Assembly (NCBI GenBank): GCA_028280285.1
Contig: JANQMA010000026.1
Location: 64,822-128,821 of the forward strand
Length of the DNA: 64,000 bases
Direction: 5' to 3'
Source: Candidatus Omnitrophota bacterium
GTDB lineage: Bacteria > Omnitrophota > Gorgyraeia > Zapsychrales > Zapsychraceae
Within the stretch, counting starts at the first letter, position 1, and each line of letters begins with the position of its first letter. Under the pieces are notes generated by a model that was not told where the DNA came from, did no database searches, and saw only the letters and a program-made list of their open reading frames with translations. A program made the translations under genes and the position numbers. This document shows positions 19,504-30,103 of the stretch, in pieces.

Positions 19504-21924
19504 ATGTTTAACCGATTTACCGAAAGAGCCAGAAAAGTTATCGTTTATGCGAAAGAAGAAGCCCGACGTTTTAATCACGACTATATTGGTACGGAACATT
19601 TATTATTAGGGCTTGTCCGTGAAGGCGAAGGTGTTGCTTCGGCCGTATTACAAAAGTTAGGTTTGGATTTAGAAACCATCCGTATTGAGGTGGAAAAACT
19701 CGTTCAGCCTGGACCGCAAACGCAAGTTTTGGGGGATATCCCATTTACGCCGCGTTCAAAAAAAGCGCTTGAGCTTTCCGCCGAAGAAGCACGTGCCTTG
19801 GGTCATAATTATATCGGCACCGAGCATCTTCTCTTGGGGCTTGTTAAAGAAGGCGAAGGTATGGCTTACCGGGTTCTGCTCAATCTTGGTCTTGACCTTG
19901 GTAAATTGCGCAATGAAGTGATGGAGCTTTTAGGCTCAGGTATTCCGGGATACACCGGAACCGAAGCCGCCAAAACAGGGGACAAAAGTCCCGCGATCGA
20001 TGCCTATGGGCGTAACTTAAATAAACTCGCCCGCGATGGCAAACTGGATCCGGTGATTGGGCGTAGTGAAGAAATTGACCGTATCCTTCAAATTTTGTGC
20101 CGCCGCTCTAAAAATAATCCTGTTCTTCTCGGAGAGGCCGGCGTTGGAAAAACAGCGATTGTTGAAGGGCTCGCCCAAAGAATTGAAAAAGGTGAAGTGC
20201 CGGAAATCTTAAGAGATAAAAAAATTATCATGCTTGATTTAGCGATGATGATTGCCGGAACAAAATACCGCGGGCAGTTTGAAGAACGGATTAAAGCGAT
20301 TATGGATGAGCTTAAACGTTCCGGAAAAATTATTCTTTTTATCGATGAGTTGCACACGCTTGTTGGCGCTGGGGCAGCGGAGGGCGCGATCGATGCGGCT
20401 AATATTTTAAAGCCGGCGCTCGCGCGTGGTGAGATCCAATGTATTGGGGCCACAACGCTTGATGAGTACCGTAAATATATCGAAAAAGACGCGGCGCTTG
20501 AAAGACGGTTTCAGACAATTACAGTTGATCAGCCGTCGGTTGATGAAGCCGTTCAAATTTTACACGGCCTACGTGATAAATACGAAGCGCATCACCGTGT
20601 TAAATTTTCCGATGAGTCGCTTGAGGCGGCCGTCCATTTATCGGAACGCTATATCTCAGGACGCGCCTTGCCGGATAAAGCGGTTGATATACTCGATGAA
20701 GCCGGCGCGCAGGCACGCCTTAAGGCCATGGTTGTGCCGCCTGATCTTAAAGAGCTAGAAGCGGAAATAGAATCGGCTAAACAGGAAAAAGAAGCATTTA
20801 TCAAATCGCAGGATTTTGAAAAGGCGGCGATGATGCGGGATAGAGAACGTGAGAATCGTCAAAAGCTTGATGATGTTAAAAACGAATGGGCGCAGGAGCG
20901 CGACAAAGTAACGCTTACCATCGGTTACGATGAAGTCGCCAAAGTTGTGTCCCAATGGACCAAGATTCCTCTTGTGCGCTTGGAGCAGGAAGAGAGTGAA
21001 CGCCTGCTTAAAATGGAGGAGTTTTTGAACAAACAAGTTATCGGTCAAGGTGATGCGATCGGGGCGATTGCCCGGGCGGTACGGCGTTCACGGGCAGGGA
21101 TTAAAGATCCTAAACGTCCGATTGGGTCATTTATATTTCTTGGCGCAACAGGTGTTGGTAAAACATTACTCGCCCAATCATTGGCCGAATTTATGTTTGG
21201 CAGTAAGGATTCGTTAATCCAGGTCGATATGTCGGAGTACATGGATAAATATAATGTTTCGCGTTTGATCGGAGCACCTCCGGGGTATGTCGGTTATGAA
21301 GAAGGTGGTCAGTTAACCGAGAAGGTTCGTCGCAAACCGTATTCGGTAATCCTGCTCGACGAAATCGAAAAGGCGCATCCGGATGTGTTTAATCTTCTTC
21401 TGCAAGTCTTTGAGGAAGGAAGATTAACAGATAGCTTGGGACGTAAAGTTGATTTTCGAAATACCGTTATTCTTATGACATCGAATATCGGAGTTGAACT
21501 TCTTAAAAGCCAAGGTTCGCTTGGGTTTGTTGAATCTAAAGAAAGCCTAAGTTATGAGGAGACAAAAGAAAAATTACTTGAAGCGGTTAAAAAGGCGTTT
21601 AAACCGGAATTTTTAAACCGGATTGACGATACCATTGTCTTCCGTTCACTTACGCGTGAAAACTTAGAAGATATTGTCAAAATCGAAGTGGATTATGTGG
21701 CTAAGCGTTTGGAAGATAAAGAAATTTCCATTGAGCTTGAAAAAGAAGCTTTCGCCCTTTTAACGGAAAAAGGATTTGATCCTGTTTATGGGGCGCGTCC
21801 TTTAAAAAGGACGATCCAGCGTTTGCTTGAGGATCCCCTGGCTGAGGAGATTATCTCTGGAGCATTCAAAAAAGGATCGGTTGTGAAAGTTAAACGTAAA
21901 AAAGATGAACTAGTATTTACTTAA
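19504..21924 (+). CDS. clpC: ATP-dependent Clp protease ATPase ClpC
   Basis: MFNRFTERA, double Clp-N, two AAA modules, UVR linker. Confidence 0.97.
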   Translation: MFNRFTERARKVIVYAKEEARRFNHDYIGTEHLLLGLVREGEGVASAVLQKLGLDLETIRIEVEKLVQPGPQTQVLGDIPFTPRSKKALELSAEEARALGHNYIGTEHLLLGLVKEGEGMAYRVLLNLGLDLGKLRNEVMELLGSGIPGYTGTEAAKTGDKSPAIDAYGRNLNKLARDGKLDPVIGRSEEIDRILQILCRRSKNNPVLLGEAGVGKTAIVEGLAQRIEKGEVPEILRDKKIIMLDLAMMIAGTKYRGQFEERIKAIMDELKRSGKIILFIDELHTLVGAGAAEGAIDAANILKPALARGEIQCIGATTLDEYRKYIEKDAALERRFQTITVDQPSVDEAVQILHGLRDKYEAHHRVKFSDESLEAAVHLSERYISGRALPDKAVDILDEAGAQARLKAMVVPPDLKELEAEIESAKQEKEAFIKSQDFEKAAMMRDRERENRQKLDDVKNEWAQERDKVTLTIGYDEVAKVVSQWTKIPLVRLEQEESERLLKMEEFLNKQVIGQGDAIGAIARAVRRSRAGIKDPKRPIGSFIFLGATGVGKTLLAQSLAEFMFGSKDSLIQVDMSEYMDKYNVSRLIGAPPGYVGYEEGGQLTEKVRRKPYSVILLDEIEKAHPDVFNLLLQVFEEGRLTDSLGRKVDFRNTVILMTSNIGVELLKSQGSLGFVESKESLSYEETKEKLLEAVKKAFKPEFLNRIDDTIVFRSLTRENLEDIVKIEVDYVAKRLEDKEISIELEKEAFALLTEKGFDPVYGARPLKRTIQRLLEDPLAEEIISGAFKKGSVVKVKRKKDELVFT

Positions 21925-21926
21925 AG

Positions 21927-22874
21927 ATGCACAAAGTAATTTGGTTTTTATTGTTTGTTATCCTGACAGCGGCATCCAGCGATGCCGCTGTTGTCTATCC
22001 TTTCGAGGGTGAATTTGATTTCCGCACCAAGGAGTTTAATATCACCGTTTTGTCGAAAGAAGATGGCAAGGCTGTTATTACTAACCGTTTGATCGAGGAC
22101 AAAGGTTATGAACTTTCCGCCAAAATCGATCATTTCAACACGGAGAGTTCCGATTTATCGAGTGATTTTACAGCTGTGTTCACTAAAAGCGTTGATGTCG
22201 ACAATGCCATTGTCTATAACGGAACGCTCAATACGCAATATATGCTGGTCGATTTTAAACCAATCCGTGAATTGTCAGGCGATTTTTTTATTAAAGATAA
22301 AGTTTTGACGTTTAGTTCGCTTAAATTCGGTGGTGTCAATTGTACGGGTTCTTTTGATTTTGAAAGTCCCCATGCGGTTAACCTGGCCATTAACATCGAC
22401 CGTATCCCGATGGATAAGTTTTTAGATGTCTGGCAGCCGAGTAGAACATATGATGCCGATGGTCTTGTTTCAGGCATCATAAAAGTAACCGGCGATTTGG
22501 ACGCTCTTTATCTTAAAGGCAAGTTAGACGGAGCGGATGGGTATATAAAAACTTTTGACTTTGACGAGATCCATTTGGATATCGAAGGGGTTTATCCCCA
22601 TTTGCAGATCGCCCAATCAAAGGTTCTTAAGAAAGACGGTTTGAATTTTGAATTTGAAGGGCCGATTAATTTGCGTGACCGGAAAAATTTTAAGAAACAA
22701 ATCAAAGAATTAACTTTTAAGCCGGTTGTGCGTGGATCAGAATCTGAAAGAGAATGGACGATACGCCAGGTTAAAGATGATTCAACGGGGGCAACCTCGC
22801 TTAAATATTTGCTGCGCAAAGAAACCGACGATGTATCGGGCATGCTCGGCATAGAAAAATCACTGGAATTTTAA
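21927..22874 (+). CDS. Exported beta-rich hypothetical protein (possibly AsmA/TamB-like)
   Basis: Signal peptide, alternating beta-strand pattern, C-terminal Phe; family is inferred. Confidence 0.6.
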   Translation: MHKVIWFLLFVILTAASSDAAVVYPFEGEFDFRTKEFNITVLSKEDGKAVITNRLIEDKGYELSAKIDHFNTESSDLSSDFTAVFTKSVDVDNAIVYNGTLNTQYMLVDFKPIRELSGDFFIKDKVLTFSSLKFGGVNCTGSFDFESPHAVNLAINIDRIPMDKFLDVWQPSRTYDADGLVSGIIKVTGDLDALYLKGKLDGADGYIKTFDFDEIHLDIEGVYPHLQIAQSKVLKKDGLNFEFEGPINLRDRKNFKKQIKELTFKPVVRGSESEREWTIRQVKDDSTGATSLKYLLRKETDDVSGMLGIEKSLEF

Positions 22875-24239
22875 ATGGTTAAAACGAAAACACTTTTTGT
22901 TTGTCAGGAATGCGGGTTTGAAACGCCTCGCTGGGAAGGGAAATGTTCAAGTTGCGGGGCATGGAATGCGTTTGTGGAAGAGGCTATGGTTCCCAAAGCG
23001 GCCAAGCAAAGTGCGGTTTTGCTTAAAAGTGATCCTGTTCAGCTAAAAGATGTGACAGGTGAAGATGACCGTCGGTATTTAACCGATATATCGGAGCTTG
23101 ACCGGGTGCTTGGTGGAGGCCTTGTACCGGGATCAGTTACGTTGATCGGCGGTGATCCGGGGATCGGTAAGTCAACACTTTCGCTTCAAATCGGGTGCAC
23201 ATTAAGCGAGAAACAAAAAAAGGTTCTTTATATAAGCGGCGAAGAATCGGTTAAACAAACTGCCTTGCGTGCTAACCGGATCAGCCCGAAGGATAAACAG
23301 TCACTTTACATCGTTAATCAGGTTGATCTAAATGTTATTCAGGAGCATATCCGCAAAATGCAACCGGATGTAGTTGTCATCGATTCGATTCAGGTTATCT
23401 ATCATCCCGATATCACATCGGCTCCGGGCAGTGTCAGTCAGGTTAGAGAGTGCGCGTCTATTTTAACACATACGGCCAAATCAATGGGTATGTCGCTTTT
23501 TATTATTGGACATGTGACCAAAGAAGGTGTGATTGCCGGGCCACGCGTGCTTGAACATATAGTGGATACGGTTTTGTATTTTGAAGGCGAGCGGTATTCG
23601 AGCTTTCGGATTTTACGCGCGATTAAAAACAGATTTGGCTCAACGAATGAAATGGGCGTGTTTGAAATGACAGGTGAGGGTTTGCTTGAGGTAACCAACC
23701 CTTCTGAAATATTTCTTTCGGAAAGACCGAAGGACACATCAGGCTCTGTTGTGGTGCCGATTATAGAAGGAACGCGGCCGTTTCTGGTTGAAATTCAGGG
23801 ATTGGTGAGTCGTTCCAGTTTCAGCATGGTGCGCCACAAGGCGCAAGGCTTCGATGCCAACCGTCTTGCTCTTCTTGTCGCAGTGCTTGAAAAAAGGCTT
23901 AATCTTAATTTGCAGGATAAAGATGTTTTCTTAAATGTCGTCGGAGGGGTTAAAATTGTCGATCCGTCGGCCGATTTGGCTGTGGCGATGGCGATTGCCT
24001 CGGCGTTATTAGATAAATCCATCCCGCATGATATGGCCGTTGTCGGTGAGGTTGGATTGTCTTCTGAAATTCGCAGTGTGTCACAGCTTGTTTTACGTAT
24101 TAATGAAGCCGATAAGCTTGGATTTAAACGGTGTATCGTCCCGGCTAATAATCTGAAGAATAAAGCCGCCTTGAAAAATAAATCGATTAAACTTATTGCG
24201 GTTTCCAATCTAAAAGAAGCGTTAGAAAACTTAATTTAA
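22875..24239 (+). CDS. radA: DNA repair protein RadA/Sms
   Basis: C4 zinc finger, GGDPGIGKST, KNRFG. Confidence 0.97.
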   Translation: MVKTKTLFVCQECGFETPRWEGKCSSCGAWNAFVEEAMVPKAAKQSAVLLKSDPVQLKDVTGEDDRRYLTDISELDRVLGGGLVPGSVTLIGGDPGIGKSTLSLQIGCTLSEKQKKVLYISGEESVKQTALRANRISPKDKQSLYIVNQVDLNVIQEHIRKMQPDVVVIDSIQVIYHPDITSAPGSVSQVRECASILTHTAKSMGMSLFIIGHVTKEGVIAGPRVLEHIVDTVLYFEGERYSSFRILRAIKNRFGSTNEMGVFEMTGEGLLEVTNPSEIFLSERPKDTSGSVVVPIIEGTRPFLVEIQGLVSRSSFSMVRHKAQGFDANRLALLVAVLEKRLNLNLQDKDVFLNVVGGVKIVDPSADLAVAMAIASALLDKSIPHDMAVVGEVGLSSEIRSVSQLVLRINEADKLGFKRCIVPANNLKNKAALKNKSIKLIAVSNLKEALENLI

Positions 24240-24260
24240 AACAGAAGAAGGGAGAAGGTA

Positions 24261-25238
24261 ATGACCTTATCTTTTATTCGGATTTTATTTATCTTAACCA
24301 GCGGGGTTGTCGGTTATTATGTCGGCACCATATTAAATGAGGAAATTTTAGGCGCGCAGGCAGGGTGTTTACTTGGCCTTGTGGTCATCTTTTTGGAGCA
24401 AAGATTGCAGCGTGTGTCGATGAGTGGACTATCGAGTGTCGTATTCGGTTTGATTCTCGGTATTTTTATGGCGAAACTTATTTCCGCCATTTTGCAACTA
24501 TTGCCTTTGGATGTCTTCACTCTGTCAGTTTCAGAAATTATTATAACATTGATATTTTCTTATATTGGAGCAACCATGGCGTTGCGCGGGAAAGACGAGT
24601 TTAATATTATTATTCCGTATGTGCGTTTTAAGCGGCAAGCCGTTAATGAGAATATAATACTTCTTGATACAAGTGTTTTGATTGACGGGCGTGTGCATGC
24701 GATCTATTTGACTCATTTTTTATCAGGACGATTGGTTGTGCCAAGTTCAGTTTTACAGGAACTGCAGACACTCGCTGATGATGAGAATCCTCTTAAACAC
24801 GAGAAAGGGCGCCGCGGACTCGACTTGGTCAGTCAAATGCTCCATGATAGCAAGATTGAAATCAAAGTCCATGATGATACGTATGATTCGGGCGATTGTG
24901 CGGACGATAAATTACTCATGCTGGCCAAGATGATGGACGGAAGTATTTGTACGACGGACTATAATTTAGGGCGTGTGGCGATCGCGCAGAATATTGAAGT
25001 ATTAAATATAAATGAGCTTGTCGAAGCGGTTAAGCCGTCATTACATAACGGCGATGAGTTTTCTTTGAAGTTATCTAAACCGGGCCGAGAAAAAGACCAG
25101 GCCGTCGGATATATGGAAGACGGCACGATGGTTGTTGTGAAAGATGCTAGAGATAAAATCGGCGAAGAGGTTTCTGTTGAGGTGACTTCTACTTTGCAGA
25201 CGCAAACAGGCCGTATGATCTTTGCCAAATTAATTTAG
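24261..25238 (+). CDS. Membrane PIN/TRAM domain protein (YacL family)
   Basis: N-terminal TM helices, LDTSVLIDGR, GRRGLD, QAVGYMEDGTMVVV, QTQTGRMIFA. Confidence 0.92.
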   Translation: MTLSFIRILFILTSGVVGYYVGTILNEEILGAQAGCLLGLVVIFLEQRLQRVSMSGLSSVVFGLILGIFMAKLISAILQLLPLDVFTLSVSEIIITLIFSYIGATMALRGKDEFNIIIPYVRFKRQAVNENIILLDTSVLIDGRVHAIYLTHFLSGRLVVPSSVLQELQTLADDENPLKHEKGRRGLDLVSQMLHDSKIEIKVHDDTYDSGDCADDKLLMLAKMMDGSICTTDYNLGRVAIAQNIEVLNINELVEAVKPSLHNGDEFSLKLSKPGREKDQAVGYMEDGTMVVVKDARDKIGEEVSVEVTSTLQTQTGRMIFAKLI

Positions 25239-25246
25239 GATAAGTG

Positions 25247-25921
25247 ATGAAGGTTCAAGCAATCATTCCGTGCGCCGGTATCGGGGCAAGGCTTAAAACA
25301 CAGCAGGCGAAATCTCTTATTGATTTGGGTGGACAGCCATTATTTATTCATACTATAAAAGCCTTTGTCACTGCAGAGTCTGTCGACAGCATCATTTTGG
25401 TTGTCCATAAAGATCAAAAACAAAGCATGGAAGATGCTTTAAGTGAGTATGGCTTTGGTCAAGATATCAAGGTTGTGCTCGGCGGCGCAACGCGCCGTGC
25501 GTCTGTTCATAATGGTCTAAAGGCTTGTGATGATGATACCAGTGTAATAGTTGTTCACGACGGGGCCAGGCCGTTGATTGCCTCCGGTCTTATTGATGAG
25601 GCGGTCAAGATGTGCGCAACCAAAAAAGCCGTTATTGTTGCTGTTCCGGTTAAATCGACGATCAAATCAGTGTCTGAAGGTCAGGTGACCGCAACACCTA
25701 AACGCTGCGATCTATGGGAAGTCCAAACGCCGCAGGTTTTTGATAAAGATTTATTACTTACCGCGCATAATTTGGATATCAATCAAGAAGCAACTGATGA
25801 TGCCATGTTGGTTGAGCAGTCTGGCCAGAGTGTGTATGTGATGGCAGGCAGTGACCGTAATATAAAAGTGACAACGCAAGAGGATTTAATCGTAGCAGAG
25901 GCGTTTTTAAAATCAGAATAA
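25247..25921 (+). CDS. ispD: 2-C-methyl-D-erythritol 4-phosphate cytidylyltransferase
   Basis: AGIGAR, HDGARP, QTPQVF, TDD, NIKVTT. Confidence 0.96.
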   Translation: MKVQAIIPCAGIGARLKTQQAKSLIDLGGQPLFIHTIKAFVTAESVDSIILVVHKDQKQSMEDALSEYGFGQDIKVVLGGATRRASVHNGLKACDDDTSVIVVHDGARPLIASGLIDEAVKMCATKKAVIVAVPVKSTIKSVSEGQVTATPKRCDLWEVQTPQVFDKDLLLTAHNLDINQEATDDAMLVEQSGQSVYVMAGSDRNIKVTTQEDLIVAEAFLKSE

Positions 25922-25935
25922 AAAAGAATCAAAGC

Positions 25936-25990
25936 GTCGTTAGTTGTTGGTCATTAGTCATTAGTCATTGGAGGACGAATGACTAAAGAC
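25936..25990. repeat. Heptamer-unit inverted repeat, GTCATTR family (right arm short/eroded)
   Basis: gtcgtta-gttgttg-gtcatta-gtcatta-gtcattg ... gaatgac-taaagac. Confidence 0.8.
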
Positions 25991-26028
25991 CAGACGCAAC
26001 ATTGTTATTGACTAGTAGGAGTACAAGC

Positions 26029-26508
26029 ATGCGATTCAAAACAGGATTAGGATACGATATTCATAAATTTGTCAACGGGCGTAAATGTATTTTAGGCGGT
26101 GTTGAGCTTCCTTATGAAAAAGGGCTTGATGGTCATTCGGATGCGGATGTTGTGCTGCATGCCGTGTGTGATGCGATTCTAGGCGCGCTTGGCCGTGGAG
26201 ATATCGGTGAGCACTTTCCGAATACCGATCCTGCGTATAAGGATATTGCGTCGATTGAATTATTAAAAAAGGTAGGCGATCAGTTGGCCTCATCGGGATA
26301 TGTGTTAAGCAATGTCGATATTATGATTCAGGCCGAAGCGCCGAAACTTAATCCTCATAAGACGCAGATGCGCACAAACATTGCACAGACACTTGGGATC
26401 GATTTAGAGGATGTTAATATCAAAGCAACAACACAAGAAGGCTTGGGGGCTATAGGCCAGGCGCAAGGCATTGCCGCTTTTGCGGGAGTTTTGATTTATA
26501 AGAATTAG
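26029..26508 (+). CDS. ispF: MEcPP synthase
   Basis: GYDIH, GHSDADV, GDIGEHFP, KATT; start ATG 26029. Confidence 0.96.
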   Translation: MRFKTGLGYDIHKFVNGRKCILGGVELPYEKGLDGHSDADVVLHAVCDAILGALGRGDIGEHFPNTDPAYKDIASIELLKKVGDQLASSGYVLSNVDIMIQAEAPKLNPHKTQMRTNIAQTLGIDLEDVNIKATTQEGLGAIGQAQGIAAFAGVLIYKN

Positions 26509-26515
26509 ATGGGTC

Positions 26516-26579
26516 TGTTTATTGTTTAATGTTTAAAGTTTGGGTGATGTAATAAACAATAAACATTAAACTTTAAACG
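26516..26579. repeat. Heptamer-unit inverted repeat, TGTTTAW family
   Basis: tgtttat-tgtttaa-tgtttaa-agtttgg ... ataaaca-ataaaca-ttaaact-ttaaacg. Confidence 0.88.
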
Positions 26580-26625
26580 GACTTGGAGTTATTTTATTAA
26601 TATATTTTTTAACAGGTAGGAAATC

Positions 26626-27333
26626 ATGGGATTCATAGGTTTTATTTTTACATTATTTTTAATCACGCTTGCCTTTAGTTTACTGGCGGCTGTCTTTTTT
26701 GCCGAGGAGATTAAATCAACACGGGAAAAAGATCCGGCGGCAGGCGGCTATTTGCAGATTATTCTGCTTTATCCGGGTTTGCATGCGCTCATGGCGCATC
26801 GGATCAATCATCGTTTATGGAAACTAAAATTCCAGTTTTTGGCGCGGCTCTTGTCACAAATAGTCCGTTTTATAACCGGCATTGAAATTCATCCCGGAGC
26901 GCAAATCGGTAAAGGGCTGTTTATCGATCATGGGATGGGTGTTGTGATTGGTGAGACGACTATTGTCGGTGATGATGTGACTCTTTTTCAAGGCGTGACA
27001 CTCGGCGGGACAGGTAAAGAATGCGGCAAAAGGCATCCGACCATCGGCAATAATGTGGTCATCGGAGCCGGGGCTAAAGTGCTTGGCAACATAACGGTTG
27101 GGGATAGTTCTTATATTGGAGCCAATGCGGTTATTTTAAAAGATATTCCTAACAATGCGACGGTGGTTGGTGTGCCGGGGCGTGTGGCCAAACATGAAGG
27201 CAAAAAGGTTGATTCATTGGATCATGTGCACATTGCCGATCCGGTTATGGTGCATATGCGTGATTTGATCAAACGCGTTAAACATTTGGAAAAACACGAA
27301 GAAAACCAAGGCGAAAATGGCGATGGCATTTAA
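26626..27333 (+). CDS. cysE: Serine O-acetyltransferase with hydrophobic N-terminus
   Basis: DPAA, YPGLHA, IEIHPGA, FIDHG, GGTG, KRHPT. Confidence 0.93.
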   Translation: MGFIGFIFTLFLITLAFSLLAAVFFAEEIKSTREKDPAAGGYLQIILLYPGLHALMAHRINHRLWKLKFQFLARLLSQIVRFITGIEIHPGAQIGKGLFIDHGMGVVIGETTIVGDDVTLFQGVTLGGTGKECGKRHPTIGNNVVIGAGAKVLGNITVGDSSYIGANAVILKDIPNNATVVGVPGRVAKHEGKKVDSLDHVHIADPVMVHMRDLIKRVKHLEKHEENQGENGDGI

Positions 27334-27948
27334 GGGTAAATTTATTACGTTTGAAGGCTCCGAAGGTTCAGGCAAGAGCACGCAGATGGCATTGCTTAAA
27401 AAATATCTTCAGAAAAGAAAGTGTAAGGTTATTGTTTTGCGTGAGCCCGGTGGCGTTAAGATCAGCGAGACGGTAAGGCGTATTCTTTTGGATACAAAAA
27501 ATAAGGAGATGAATAAAATCTGTGAGACGCTGCTTTACATGGCGGCGCGTGCTCAGCTCGTCGAAGAAAAACTGATTCCGGCCCTTAAAGAAGGTAAGGT
27601 TATTCTTTGTGACCGTTTTTTGGATTCAACCGTTGTTTATCAAGGATACGGCTGCGGGATTGATATTAAGACGGTGCAGTCTATCGGTAAGTTTGCCACG
27701 CAGGCATTGAGCCGGATATGACACTGTTTTTTGATATTGATGTTAAAAAAGGCATGAAGCGTATTCAAAACCGTAAACTGGACCGCATTGAGCAGCGCAC
27801 GCTTAATTATCACAATAAGGTACGCCGTGGTTATTTGGATATGGCACGTAAATATCCCAGGCGGATTAAGGCGATCAAGGTTGATCGATCGATTGATGAG
27901 ATTCATGAGGTTGTTAAAAAATACGTAAATAAAATATTAAAATTGTAG
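27323..27948 (+). pseudogene. tmk: Thymidylate kinase split by a 1-nt deletion near 27703 (probably a sequencing error)
   Basis: FEGSEGSGKST, REPGG and DRF in first ORF; TLFFDID and DRIE in second; one extra G at cagg restores ATQGIEPDMTL. Confidence 0.85.
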
Positions 27949-28012
27949 GGGCGGCTCGTGAGCCGCCCTAATATGTCGATAAATTAGGGTCGCTCGCGAG
28001 CGACCCGTACAA
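27943..28012. repeat. GTAG-type REP doublet (REPIN-like)
   Basis: gtag-gggcggctc-gt-gagccgccc and inverted partner gggtcgctc-gc-gagcgaccc-gtac; ttgta/tacaa termini. Confidence 0.8.
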
Positions 28013-28028
28013 TATTAATATAATTCTT

Positions 28029-29006
28029 ATGGCAACACAGGCTATTTCAATTCACGAAAATATTTTAAAAAGGTTCGCCGATTTAGAGGCAAAAGGCTGC
28101 CTGGCCCACGCCTATCTTTTCGTCGGGCCGCATGATGTGGGGAAAAGCGAAACGGCATTGGCGGTTGCCAAACTGCTTAACTGCGAAGATCAAGCAAGTG
28201 TTAGTCAAGGCACTTTTTGCGGGACATGTCCTAATTGTGTAAAAATAGAAGCCGGGACTCATCCGGATGTGCGTGTCATTCAAGCAGAACCGGGTGAAAA
28301 AATCAAAATCGAAGCTGTCCGGGATATATTGGGCCAAATTAAACTCAAGGCGTTTTTCGCACGGAAAAAAATATTTATTATTAAGAACGCGGATCTTTTT
28401 ACGCCGGAGGCGGCGAACGCGCTTTTAAAAACGCTTGAGGAACCGTCGGATAACAGCCTTTTGATTTTAACCAGCGCGGTGATGGAAAATATTTTACCGA
28501 CGGTCAAATCCCGTTGTCATTTGGTCAGGTTTCTGCCGTTTAGCAGCGATGAGTTAGAGGCGAAGCTCGTTCACGAGCAGGGCGAAAATAAACAGGATGC
28601 GCATTTCTTAGCTTATTACGCGCAAGGGTGTTTCAACAAAGCGCTCCGTTTGAAAGACAGCGGTGCGATCGCGGATAAAAACAATATGATCGATCAATTT
28701 ATTTTAAATCGCAACAGTGATGACTATATGAAAAAGATTTTGGCGGATAAAGAGAAAACGCGCGCGTTTTTAGAAGTCCTTTTAAGCTGGACGCGCGATG
28801 CGATTTTGCTTAAAAGCGGGGGTGCCGAGCAGATGATTATCCATTTGGATCGTAAAGCAGATTTAAACACTTTCGCTAAGAAATTTAGTTTCGCAGAATT
28901 AACACATTTGGAGGAAGACATCGTTCAAATGTTTAAGATGCTTGTGGAAAATTTTAACCTTAAAATTCCACTGGCGATTATAAAGGAGCGCATATGGGCA
29001 AATTAG
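28029..29006 (+). CDS. holB: DNA polymerase III delta-prime
   Basis: AHAYLF.GP..VGK, CGTCPNC, HPD, AANALLKTLEEP, LPTVKSRC. Confidence 0.95.
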   Translation: MATQAISIHENILKRFADLEAKGCLAHAYLFVGPHDVGKSETALAVAKLLNCEDQASVSQGTFCGTCPNCVKIEAGTHPDVRVIQAEPGEKIKIEAVRDILGQIKLKAFFARKKIFIIKNADLFTPEAANALLKTLEEPSDNSLLILTSAVMENILPTVKSRCHLVRFLPFSSDELEAKLVHEQGENKQDAHFLAYYAQGCFNKALRLKDSGAIADKNNMIDQFILNRNSDDYMKKILADKEKTRAFLEVLLSWTRDAILLKSGGAEQMIIHLDRKADLNTFAKKFSFAELTHLEEDIVQMFKMLVENFNLKIPLAIIKERIWAN

Positions 29007-29785
29007 TGCAAGTCCAGCTGGGCGAATACAGACAAGCCCAGTTTTATGACTTAAATAATATAGAATGTAAACGCGGTGACTATGTTGTGCTTGAGGTCGA
29101 TCGTGGCAGTGAGTTTGGCCAGGTGATAACGGATGTTGAAAATACCTGCGCAGGTAAAACAGATCAGGCTAAGGGAAAAATTATAAGGAAATGCACCAAC
29201 GGAGATCTTAAGCAGATCGAAAATAATCGCGGTAAAGCGCGCGATGCTATCGGTATCTGCAGCCGTAAAATTACCGATCGCAAGCTCGATATGCAATTGG
29301 TCAAGGCCGAGTATGTCTTTGACAGCAGTAAAATCATTTTCTTTTTTACGGCCGACGGACGGGTGGATTTTAGAAATCTTGTGAAAGACTTGGCGCGTGT
29401 TTTTCGTGTGCGCATCGAGCTTAAACAAATCGGTGTGCGGGATAAAGCAAAGATTATAAGCGGTTACGGCGTGTGTGGGCGTGAGCTTTGCTGTTCTTCT
29501 TATATGCTTGATTTTCATCAACTGTCGATCAAGATGGCGAAAGAACAAGGCCTGCCGCTTAATCCTTCGCGGATTTCCGGTGTGTGCGGGCGGATTAAAT
29601 GCTGCATGGCCTATGAGTTTGATGTGTATAAGCAATACACCAAGCATCTTCCAAGGGTAGGTGAGACCGTTAGTACGCCGGAGGGTAAGGGCAAGGTGGT
29701 TGAGCTTAACGTGCTTAAAAAATACGCCAATGTCGATGTGGGCGAGGGGAAAGTCGTTCGCAAGGACTATGTGTTTAGCGTGTAA
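28994..29785 (+). CDS. PSP1/YaaT (RicT) family protein
   Basis: RVDFRNLVKDLA, CGRELCC, SGVCGRIKCCMAYE. Confidence 0.93.
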   Translation: MGKLVQVQLGEYRQAQFYDLNNIECKRGDYVVLEVDRGSEFGQVITDVENTCAGKTDQAKGKIIRKCTNGDLKQIENNRGKARDAIGICSRKITDRKLDMQLVKAEYVFDSSKIIFFFTADGRVDFRNLVKDLARVFRVRIELKQIGVRDKAKIISGYGVCGRELCCSSYMLDFHQLSIKMAKEQGLPLNPSRISGVCGRIKCCMAYEFDVYKQYTKHLPRVGETVSTPEGKGKVVELNVLKKYANVDVGEGKVVRKDYVFSV

Positions 29786-29789
29786 TTAC

Positions 29790-30090
29790 AAATTAAAAAG
29801 TAAAAAGTCAAAAATAAAATGAAAAAATGAAATAAATTTATAAAGTAAAATTAAAATTCGTATTTGGTAGTTAGTAATTGGTAATTGGTTTTCTAAAAAA
29901 TAATAATTTAAAAATGATATATTATTGTGCCAAGCAAAAAATATTAAAACTCTTGAAATCCATTTTCTATTATGAATCCGATTTATAAATTGTTCACCAA
30001 TTACCAAATACCAATTACTAAATACATTTTTTATTTTTTATTTTCTTTCAATTTTTTAATTTTCTCTTTTAATTTTTATTTCACATTTTT
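29790..30090. repeat. Second nested inverted repeat (outer A/T-rich arms, inner GTAATTG arms, ~110-nt spacer)
   Basis: Inner gtatttg-gtagtta-gtaattg-gtaattg (29860-29887) and caattac-caaatac-caattac-taaatac (29998-30025). Confidence 0.85.
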
Positions 30091-30103
30091 GAATTAATAA
30101 CTT

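Noticed and set aside
29051-29647. Long antisense ORFs (also 49148-49657, 57338-57898, 58547-59092)
   Set aside because: Shadow frames of well-supported genes on the opposite strand.
29786-30007. 73-aa minus-strand ORF
   Set aside because: Low-complexity translation of the nested repeat arms.
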